From Tetramitus jugosus (taxonomy: Eukaryota; Protista; Heterolobosea), in NCBI GenBank assembly GCA_937625935.1, contig OW569349.1:496001-560000 (forward strand): a stretch of 64,000 bases of DNA. The letters are read 5' to 3'. Below, in pieces: positions 55,823 through 64,000 of this stretch (the first letter of the stretch is position 1; each line of letters starts with the position of its first letter). A program made the position numbers and the translations under genes. Under the pieces are notes generated by a model. The model made no database searches, had not been told where the DNA came from, and was given only the letters and a program-made list of their open reading frames with translations.

Positions 55823-56649
55823 ATGAGCATTAAATCAGAAGTAATCTCTGAAGAAGATGAAAGTTTGGAAGAACTGGAGAATAGAATTAGAGAAATAGAG
55901 CTACAAGTTTTCTCCAATTCTTCGATTATTGAATCGAACACTTGTGAGAAAACCCCTTTTGATCAAGGATGCCCACAAGATGAACAAATTCTCCATCGGA
56001 TTCATCTTGTTCAGAGCAAGCTCTCTCTGTTAGAGAATAGTTATGTCAGAGATATGATTCAAAAATGTATGTTGAGAATAGAGAATTCATGAACAACTTT
56101 TCGAGAATCAATCTCAATCTCTTGACATCCATCGAACTATAGATGATGCCATACTAGTGAGAGAGCTCGAATCGGTAGTAGATGAGAATAGAGTTAATCA
56201 TCTGAGTGATCAGAGTAGAACGGATAAAAACACTGAAATCGACATTCTTCTTCCCATTGCCGAGAAGATTGACTTGATTCTTCATGAGAAAGATATGGTG
56301 GATCAAATGAGCTCTCAATTGAAAAACTTATCTTCTCTGTTACCCTTCATTGAAGCTGATCCTAGAGTGAACCAAGCGGGTACGACTCGGTTATCAGTTT
56401 TGAACTCCCAACTTGAACAGATAGAGATATCTACTGTTTCTCAATCACTCAATGTACATACTCTCTTGAACCAATACAACGAAATCGTACGTAACAACTT
56501 AATATCAATATAGCCCAAACAACCAGCTAACTCATGCAACCAAACAGACATCTTTATTGTCACAAAAGTTTCTGAACTGGAATCAGACAATGAAAGGCAT
56601 GGAAAAAGAAGTCGAACGTTTGCTAACAGAACAAATGTTGGATAAATAA
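55823..56649 (+). CDS. DCTN3: Dynactin subunit p22/p24 (DCTN3)-like; exons 55823-56066, 56143-56486, 56548-56649
   Basis: LEELENRIREIELQVF start and LLNQYNEI|TSLLSQKFLNWN end match DCTN3; introns 56067-56142 and 56487-56547. Confidence 0.72.
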
Positions 56650-56663
56650 AAGTTTTGGTTTCA

Positions 56664-58244
56664 TTATTTTCTGTTGGGGTCAGACGTGCTGGGTGTTGCT
56701 ACAGTTTTTGCTCTCTTGTTTGGAGGTAAGAGCTCATCAATGTCTTGCTGATCCGTAGCAACAAATGGTCTTTTGAGAGAGAATGATGGCAAATCTTGAT
56801 CTTCCTTTGAGTGCTTTTTCTTCTTCTTCTTCTTTGAGCTCTCCTGTGCTTCTTCGGCCACTCTTTCCTTGTCCTTTCGGCTCGAAACTTCAACATACTG
56901 AGCTTCCGAGGCACCCCACTCCTCGTTATCCACTGGAAACACTTGCATTTCATGTGCCTTTTTAGCGTGCACATCGCTACCATGGGCAACACCAGCACCA
57001 GTAATTAATTGAGCATTCTTTTGCTTGACGATCACTAGATATGGATTTACGACCTTTTCGCTGTGAGCAGCTGCAGATCGGCTGTCTTGATCACTAGGTG
57101 GCAGTACTGGCGGTTGTTCATCTGCCAAATCTGCAACCATATTATACAACATTGCACTCACTTGTTCTGGTTGAGTAATACCGTTTGTGGTCACATCAGA
57201 TGGTTCATTCGTAGCTCTCGTGCTCAAATCAGCCTCATGAATCCTCGTGAGCGATGTCTGAACCATTCTCTTGTGCCTTGTTCTCACCTGCTGCAGTGTC
57301 AACGAATTCTCTTGCTTCTTATTGTAAACTGGTGTAAAAGTGAACGTGTGTTTTGGCGGCAATGGCGGCAAATACACATTCTCCGACAAAAACTGCTCAA
57401 ACTGATCGTAGCTCATTCGATCGTCGCCTCCTCTCTTGGATGCACCACCACCAACACCACCAGCACCACCAGCACCTTCACCACTGACTCCTCCAGCCCC
57501 AGTTGATGATGAACTCGAATCACCCATACCTCCCACACCAACATCTGCACCACCAACACCACTCGTAGTTGTCACTCCACCACCTGCACCACCATTGCTT
57601 GTTGTCGTTGTAGTTGTCGTTGTGGCTCCTTCTGTTGTCGTTGTGGTAGTAGTTGTTGTCGTCATGGATGATGGTGATACTGTGCTGCCAACATTGCCAT
57701 CAGTGCCACCGTCCAATCGTCTATTTTGTTGTTGTAATTGTTGTTGTTGTTGTTGTTGTTGTTGTAGTCCTGCTGCTGCTTTGAGTGATGTGTGAAACAG
57801 TGATTGCATATTGTGTTCGCGTTCAGTGAGTGCGGATGTGGTGAGATAGGAGGGAACAGGTTTTGGATAGGGTGGAATAGTAAAGTCAAACAAGGAAAGA
57901 TCCAACTCTCTGCTATTGTCTCCAGTTGTAGTAGGCGCAGTTGGAGCAGCAGCAGTCGTAGGAGTCGATGTTGTGGTGGCCAGTGTTTGATAGTATTGAT
58001 ACAGTTGTTTCATGTCTAAACCACCCTCGTTTTGCAAACACTTGGCCACATCATAAAAATTCGCTTCTGTTCTTCCACTGTGAGCACATAGTTTGGCACT
58101 TGATTCTCCCATTTGAACAATAAAGGAGCGCAACACATCTGCTAAAATATCACTGGAACTGTTTTTGATTCCGTTGAAACCAGTGAGACCACTAATCTCG
58201 TTCACAATGTGCTTGCATACGCTATGAGAGAATTTTTCGGACAT
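56664..58244 (-). CDS. TAF8: TFIID subunit TAF8
   Basis: N-terminal histone fold (CAHSGRTEANFYDV) and TAF8_C motif YLPPLPPKHTFTFTP, separated by a G/T/Q low-complexity insert. Confidence 0.85.
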   Translation of the reverse strand: MSEKFSHSVCKHIVNEISGLTGFNGIKNSSSDILADVLRSFIVQMGESSAKLCAHSGRTEANFYDVAKCLQNEGGLDMKQLYQYYQTLATTTSTPTTAAAPTAPTTTGDNSRELDLSLFDFTIPPYPKPVPSYLTTSALTEREHNMQSLFHTSLKAAAGLQQQQQQQQQLQQQNRRLDGGTDGNVGSTVSPSSMTTTTTTTTTTEGATTTTTTTTSNGGAGGGVTTTSGVGGADVGVGGMGDSSSSSTGAGGVSGEGAGGAGGVGGGASKRGGDDRMSYDQFEQFLSENVYLPPLPPKHTFTFTPVYNKKQENSLTLQQVRTRHKRMVQTSLTRIHEADLSTRATNEPSDVTTNGITQPEQVSAMLYNMVADLADEQPPVLPPSDQDSRSAAAHSEKVVNPYLVIVKQKNAQLITGAGVAHGSDVHAKKAHEMQVFPVDNEEWGASEAQYVEVSSRKDKERVAEEAQESSKKKKKKKHSKEDQDLPSFSLKRPFVATDQQDIDELLPPNKRAKTVATPSTSDPNRK

Positions 58245-58427
58245 TGTGAATCTGTTGTTTCTTTTGTTGTGTGATGATGTGTTGACAAATTTGATTTTCA
58301 GAAGAAAAGAAATTTGCGTGATCTTTGAAGAATAAGTGAATGAAGAACTCAATTTTCCCTCGAAAAAAATAAGATGGCACAGTAATAAAAAAATGCAGCA
58401 AAACACTTTTATAACAGGTTAGGCAAT

Positions 58428-59335
58428 TTAAGCAGTGGCCAACTTCTTTTGTTGTGCTTGGACGGATCTCTTGGATAGCTTAAGACCTCCCCACTTCTTG
58501 TTCTCAGCTTCGAATCTCTCGTTGAATGATCCTCTGATGGACTCAACCAACTTGTTGAACTCTTCTCTATCTTCCTTCTTGACGTTGGTGATAGCCAAAG
58601 CAGTGGTCTTGGATTGGTGGATGACTTGTCCCAATCTGGACTTGGACTTGACGATGACGTATGGAACGTTCATCTTGGTGCACAAAGCTGGCAAGTACAA
58701 AACGAGTTCAATTGGGTCAACATCGTGAGCGATAACAACCAATTGAGCCTTCTTTCTTTCGACAAGATTGACAACTCTGTTCAAACCGTAAGCAACGATA
58801 ACTGGCTTTTCAGCAGCCTTTTGTTGCTTGTTGTTGACTCTTTCCTTAGCGGCAGCTCTAAGTCTTTCCTTCTTCATTCTTGCGTCTTCTGGTCTATACT
58901 TGTTCAAGAACTTCAAGATGTTGGCAGCCAAAGGCTTGGAAGCGGTTCTGGAGAATTGAGCGACTGCAGGTGGGACCTTGAGTCTCTTCAACAAAACTCT
59001 TCTTTGTCTTTGCAATCTAACGTACTTTGGCCATTTGACGAATCTGGTCAAATCCAACTTAGCTGGCTTAGCTTGACCAACACCGAAAACTCTTGGCTTA
59101 GCTTGGAAGAGAGCCTTGTAAAGGACGTTCTTTTGTTGACCCTTCTTTTGGACACCACCGGTCTTTGGTGCTTGAGTCTTCTTGGTTGCCTTTGTGGTAG
59201 TTTTTGCTGGCTGTGTGATGCGTTGATATCAATATTTGTGTTCGGACAAGTTGTGTGAACAATGAAAGAGAAGCAGTGTTAGGACATGCGTGTGACAGGT
59301 TTAGAAACTCATAGAAACCACGAAATACGTACCAT
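58428..59335 (-). CDS. RPL7A: 60S ribosomal protein L7a (eL8); exons 59335-59333 (ATG only), 59210-58428
   Basis: DLTRFVKWPKYVRLQRQR, LKVPPAVAQF, IAHDVDPIEL; intron 59332-59211 (GTACGT..ACAG) follows the ATG. Confidence 0.97.
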
Positions 59336-59613
59336 CTTATTAGATTATTATGGCGTAGAGATGTTTATGTTTGGTTTTTTTTGTGATTTTGAATTTTGTT
59401 AAAATTTTCAGTTGAGTTGACTAGGTTCAATGAAGATTCAACTGGAGTTTTGAAGATGACAAAACTTTTATTTTCCGACACGACAAAAGCGTGAGAAATG
59501 AAACGAGATGACTTGTTCCTCTAGTGCTTTGTGATCACAAGCAAGACATGATACGTCCAAACTTTCTCTGCAAAACAAGTATACTTGACAATAAAGCTCA
59601 TACATACTTGTTT

Positions 59614-62049
59614 TTAATGACCTTGTGTTGCTTGAAATTTTTTCACAGTTCCAATGTAATCTCTTTTCCAATTCTGTGGGATAAAGTTCATGCCCAACAC
59701 TTTGAAAATAAATTGGTCTCGCTCAGAATCAGAAATGTAGCATCTGTTGTTGTTAAACAAGCATGACAAGTATGTTTGGTTGAGTATGAGATCCGAGATT
59801 ATTGGTCTCAGTGCTTCTTCTGACACAACAGACAACCATTGACAACTGTTTTGAACGAGAATCAATAGGCAGTCGAGTTGCCGCCGTAAAAAGCTCACAA
59901 GAACAGCATCGATCGCTCCTTGCGTGGGATGTGAGGAAATGAATGAAGGACATTTGAGATCATTTGCAAAACGAGCAATTCGCTTGACAACTGAGCGATA
60001 CACTCGCTTCATTTCATCAGATTGTGGATCCAAATAGTCCAATAGCTCTAAGACTAATCGTCTCACATTATTCGTGTCTTCATTGCTCAACGGATTGTAA
60101 ATGTGGTCAATCGTGTGGATAATAATTGGGATTGCTACCTTTCTGATCAGCTCAGGTATTAGATTGTCATCTTGACGACGTCTTTCGTCATCTTCATCGT
60201 CGTTCATCGCACCATCGACATGTTCCACACCATAGTTTAACAATGTGCTCCACCAGTGGAAAATGGAGAATGTGGGTGCTTGACTCGGGTTGAATCGCCA
60301 TTTTTCAACTTCTGTGATCTTATTCTCATTGGAAGACTGTTTCAAGCCAGCAAAATTTGGCAATCCGAGTAATTCGAGCCGAACGAAAGGAGCGAATACT
60401 TTTTGAACATAAATATTGCAGTATGTGTCTCGGTATGAGTCTGGGTGAATCTCTCGCCACTCTTCAAACTTGTGCTTGATATTGCCAATCTGGCAATAGT
60501 CTGCCTCTACATCATCGAATATTGTTGATACTTGAGAGATGAGATCCTGTACTGCGTTAACATATTGTACATTATTTGGATTCTCCTGTTGTTCACTGTA
60601 GTCAATCACTGAGTTCCATTTGTCTGCATCCTGTGCGAAATGTCGCCTTATTTGATCCATTTTGTTTTGTCTCTCTAGAATGGATGCTCGTTCGGCACCA
60701 TTTGTTCCTTCATCTCCCAATTTGATCATATCATTCATGTATTCCAACCAATTTGCATAAAGGCGCTCATGATATTTTGACCGGGTCACGAGCAACTGAT
60801 TCTCAGCTTGTTCAATCTCTGGTACCTTATTGTCCAAGCAGTCCACTAAATCTTCAATGTAGTCTCTCATTCGTTGATAGAAGACAAATTGTTCGGACAC
60901 GTCGTTCATTTCTGTTTTGAGCATCGATAACGTTGTTGCATTTTCTTCAATTTCATGATTTGTTTCATCCAGCGACCTCTGATTGTGTTCCAAATCGGCT
61001 TCAAGAGCACTCAGAGTCAATTTCAAATTGGATTCAACAGAAGAGAATGATAACAGTGCCTGTTCTCCCTCTTGCTTCGAATAATAAGTCATCTTTTGTT
61101 TCAATTTTTTCTCCTTCATTTTGCGAAGAATCATTTCATGTTCATCCACTTGATCCTCATCATCTACTCCTTCCTTTGCTAGCATTGGATGTTGACCCAC
61201 ATTTTTCACACCTGCCTTTTTCAACTGTTCCCACTCCCATTTCTGAAACTCCATTGTTTTTTCCTTGTCTTCTTCCTCGTCCTCCTCAGCACCACCATAC
61301 TTGTTGTCGTCATTCTTATGACCATCATTGTCTTCTTCATCACTCATTGCCAAATCTTCACCTACCACTCTGCGCAACATGGCATGATCATTCATGAGCT
61401 CTACTGTTGTAGAGTCACTTGCAACAGACAAGGGTATAATGCTTTGAGACACTTGATCACTTTGATCCAATGACGATTGTTGAAGTGCTCTTCTCTTTTG
61501 TTTTGCGAGACGAATAGAAAGTGCATCAGGTATCATTGTTGTTGTTGTTGTTGCTGCTGCTGCTGTTTTATCGTCATCTTCGTCATCATCACTCATCTTG
61601 TGAATGAATTGATTTTTATCATCATCTTCTTCCTTGTCTTTCTGATCTTGTTTTTGATGATGATCCCAAGTTTTTTGTTTTGATTTAATGGTAGAGTGTC
61701 GGTTGATACCCGGTAATGCTGATTTTCTAGTTGTTGAAGTGGTTGTTGTTGAAGAAGTCGAAGATGCGGTTGTTGCTGTTGTTGATGATGGTGTTGTTGC
61801 TTTCATGGGACTTTTGATTTTGTTTCTTCGTCGTTTGATGACAACTGATGGTTGATAACTCAAATCATCATCAGATTCGGTTGTTATTGTTGGTGTTGTT
61901 GATTGTGGCTCACCATGACCTACTTCATTGTTGTTTAATGATGTTGTTGTTGTTGGGATTGTTGTGTTGTTGTTTTTGTCATGATCAGCGTCGTCGTCCA
62001 GTGTTCGTCTGGTGCTTCGAATATTTTTGACTGATCGTTTCTTGATCAT
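59614..62049 (-). CDS. GCFC2/PAXBP1 (NTR2-like) GC-rich sequence DNA-binding/splicing factor (start uncertain)
   Basis: IPDALSIRLAKQKRR, WEWEQLKKAG, FYQRMRDYIEDLVDCL, KFEEWR..SYRDTY..FAPFVRLEL. Confidence 0.85.
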   Translation of the reverse strand: MIKKRSVKNIRSTRRTLDDDADHDKNNNTTIPTTTTSLNNNEVGHGEPQSTTPTITTESDDDLSYQPSVVIKRRRNKIKSPMKATTPSSTTATTASSTSSTTTTSTTRKSALPGINRHSTIKSKQKTWDHHQKQDQKDKEEDDDKNQFIHKMSDDDEDDDKTAAAATTTTTMIPDALSIRLAKQKRRALQQSSLDQSDQVSQSIIPLSVASDSTTVELMNDHAMLRRVVGEDLAMSDEEDNDGHKNDDNKYGGAEEDEEEDKEKTMEFQKWEWEQLKKAGVKNVGQHPMLAKEGVDDEDQVDEHEMILRKMKEKKLKQKMTYYSKQEGEQALLSFSSVESNLKLTLSALEADLEHNQRSLDETNHEIEENATTLSMLKTEMNDVSEQFVFYQRMRDYIEDLVDCLDNKVPEIEQAENQLLVTRSKYHERLYANWLEYMNDMIKLGDEGTNGAERASILERQNKMDQIRRHFAQDADKWNSVIDYSEQQENPNNVQYVNAVQDLISQVSTIFDDVEADYCQIGNIKHKFEEWREIHPDSYRDTYCNIYVQKVFAPFVRLELLGLPNFAGLKQSSNENKITEVEKWRFNPSQAPTFSIFHWWSTLLNYGVEHVDGAMNDDEDDERRRQDDNLIPELIRKVAIPIIIHTIDHIYNPLSNEDTNNVRRLVLELLDYLDPQSDEMKRVYRSVVKRIARFANDLKCPSFISSHPTQGAIDAVLVSFLRRQLDCLLILVQNSCQWLSVVSEEALRPIISDLILNQTYLSCLFNNNRCYISDSERDQFIFKVLGMNFIPQNWKRDYIGTVKKFQATQGH

Positions 62050-62182
62050 GTTGTTCAGTTGTTTTGTTGATTGGTGTGGGACTTGTTTTTTCGCCTTGAA
62101 CAAGTCACATTAGAAGTTTTGTGCATGCTTTCACAAAACAAAACACGTTTCTGCTGCAAAAAAAGCTCCTGTGTGTTTACAC

Positions 62183-64000
62183 ATGATCACCACCAATAAC
62201 AACAACATGACAATATCCAAATGTCTCTTTCAACCACCACCACCACCACCACCACCACAACTCTCTCATACTGTTAACAACAACAACAACAATGGAAATA
62301 CTACCCATGTGATCACACTAGTCAATGTTTATCCATTAACAAGAGACAACAACAGCAACAATGATGATAAAACGAATTTGTTATTCTCGTTATCACCGAG
62401 TGAACAATTTTTGGCAGAGTTCAACAGTGCTTCTCACTCGATACACTCACTCTTCTCACTCACTCAAGCAAATGAACAACAACATCACCATGACTCAAAA
62501 ATGGTTTCATTGCCCATGATTCACAACAACAATGCAGAACAACAACATCATGAACTAATGTTCAATGTTCAAGCTCATGGTTGGATCACCACTACTACTA
62601 CTGCTATTACGACTACGACTACTACCATCGACACAACCATTGAAACATCAGTATTACAACAACATGAACCAGTACACAACCATGAGAATAATGATATATT
62701 TTTCTGTACAGATGGAAAAGACATTTTAATTTATTTATTGAGAACGAAGAATATGCACTACTATACTACTAGTCATCATTGTCATCATCGAAAACAAATG
62801 ATTGCCCTCCATGCTCAACATTCAAAATCAAACAATAGTAATGATGATGATGAAAATGATGATGATACTGAGAATGATGGCATGAGTGACGAGATTCATG
62901 AAATATCAAATGATATTGTTGGAAAACGAAGCACGAAAAATGTAATTTTGAATTTTGAATCAATTACTCAACAGCAGCAGCCACAACAAGAGGGGTCAAA
63001 TCATGTGATGATGAGCAATGAAGATTCGATATTTTGTGTGACATCGAGACGTGTGTCGATGGGTGCAGAGAGCAATGAGAATACACATGATAATGAAAAC
63101 GAACGAGATGATAGGAATGATGATGTGACAATGATCAGTCTATTCTTTTCATTAGAAAAATTCTTTTCAAAGTTTGTACTGATGGGAAGCAAGAACAATG
63201 CAAAATTTAATAATTGTCGGGTGATGGGCAATGATACGGATTCGTTGACACTGTTGTTCAATGATGAGATATTGTTTCGATTGCATTTCGAGAATGATCA
63301 AGTATGTTTGGATCAAAGTTTCAATATTCGAAGTGGACCATTGGATAACGCGAGAGGATTCAGACAAGAGTTTGTGTGTTTTGAGCAGAGAGGGAAGTTC
63401 TTGTTCGGTTTAAGGAGATCGATTCAAATGATCGATGTTTGGGATTTGGAGCTCAGGACCAGAGTTGGATCTGTTGATTTCCGATCCATAAAAAACAATG
63501 GTCTCCAACATCCGTACACTGCATTTCAAGTCTCTCCTGATGTATTATCAATCTCATTGGAGATTTCAAACAGTGCATGTTTTATTGTGCTTTGTCTAGA
63601 TGAGTGTTTTAAGAGCGATATGGTATCAATCGGTCAGGTGGCTACAGTGAACACGAATGCTAATGAATACGGTTCTGAGGAGGCATCAGACCAGAAAGGG
63701 GATGAATATGATGGTTCGGATGATGCAGAAGAAGAGGAGGAAAGCGAAGAGAATCAGTCTGATAGCACTGATGAGGAAGAGAATGAAGGAACAATGAATG
63801 TTGGTCACCATAACTCACACTCTCGATTGCTTGATTCTCATTGGTATGATAAAGTGGGTATGCAGAGTGATAATGTTAGTTATTTATCTCTTCTTGGTCC
63901 CGAAGTTGTCGACAGTTTTTGTGCAGACAGTGGATTCAGGCGAGAGAGGGGAATAGGCATTGAATGGGATGCTGGCAATAGTCGAATAGAAGCTACGTAT
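62183..64000 (+). CDS. 3'-partial large protein (606 codons, no stop in window); possibly a spatacsin/SPG11-like N-terminal beta-propeller
   Basis: Hand translation from the ATG at 62183 is open to the window end, which is probably why the ORF track omits it. AFQVSPDVLSISLEISNSACFIVLCL resembles a spatacsin segment from memory; the CDS is well supported, the identity weak. Confidence 0.6.
   Translation, partial: MITTNNNNMTISKCLFQPPPPPPPPQLSHTVNNNNNNGNTTHVITLVNVYPLTRDNNSNNDDKTNLLFSLSPSEQFLAEFNSASHSIHSLFSLTQANEQQHHHDSKMVSLPMIHNNNAEQQHHELMFNVQAHGWITTTTTAITTTTTTIDTTIETSVLQQHEPVHNHENNDIFFCTDGKDILIYLLRTKNMHYYTTSHHCHHRKQMIALHAQHSKSNNSNDDDENDDDTENDGMSDEIHEISNDIVGKRSTKNVILNFESITQQQQPQQEGSNHVMMSNEDSIFCVTSRRVSMGAESNENTHDNENERDDRNDDVTMISLFFSLEKFFSKFVLMGSKNNAKFNNCRVMGNDTDSLTLLFNDEILFRLHFENDQVCLDQSFNIRSGPLDNARGFRQEFVCFEQRGKFLFGLRRSIQMIDVWDLELRTRVGSVDFRSIKNNGLQHPYTAFQVSPDVLSISLEISNSACFIVLCLDECFKSDMVSIGQVATVNTNANEYGSEEASDQKGDEYDGSDDAEEEEESEENQSDSTDEEENEGTMNVGHHNSHSRLLDSHWYDKVGMQSDNVSYLSLLGPEVVDSFCADSGFRRERGIGIEWDAGNSRIEATY

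Noticed and set aside
1-64000. The many 60-150 aa antisense or alternate-frame ORFs in the track, and the idea of an alternative genetic code
   Set aside because: They are shadows of real CDSs and trinucleotide tracts. TAA, TAG and TGA all act as stops at conserved C-termini, and every broken gene is repaired by a GT-AG intron.

Overview
A gene-dense stretch of a eukaryotic (protist) nuclear genome, roughly 40% GC by eye and read with the standard genetic code. It holds about 35 protein-coding genes in 64 kb, many with poly-Q/N/T/H tracts, separated by very short intergenic spacers. There are 14 short GT-AG spliceosomal introns (61-224 nt) that I placed by hand, and they repair ORFs the six-frame track splits. 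A Discoba/heterolobosean-like amoeba is my best guess, but that is inference only. Recognisable genes: PP2C, a Zn2Cys6 factor, mL52, a G-patch protein, TMEM115, SPT5, TMEM254-like, Sen15, CRAL-TRIO, a UCP-like carrier, PKA-C, PRL phosphatase, a C2 protein, a temptin-G8 surface protein, KANSL1-like, CLASP, TAF10, a CLC channel, a Trl1-like RNA ligase, scramblase, DUF4139, LIG3, ferredoxin, DCTN3, TAF8, RPL7A, GCFC2/PAXBP1 and a possible spatacsin running off the right edge. I found no tRNA, rRNA, CRISPR or transposon, and no co-located multi-gene novel system that I can support. The best leads are single-gene oddities: (1) a zinc-finger-less LIG3 fused to an ALC1-type macrodomain and XRCC1-like BRCTs; (2) a stand-alone Trl1-type RNA ligase; (3) a CLC channel with no gating glutamate; (4) a PKA-C with a rewired P+1 pocket; (5) a PP2C with a SAM-like insert; (6) a 60-aa microprotein with a synonymously diverged repeat; (7) introns with distal branch points, including a final exon whose only coding content is the stop codon. 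All family calls come from recalled motifs, not database searches.
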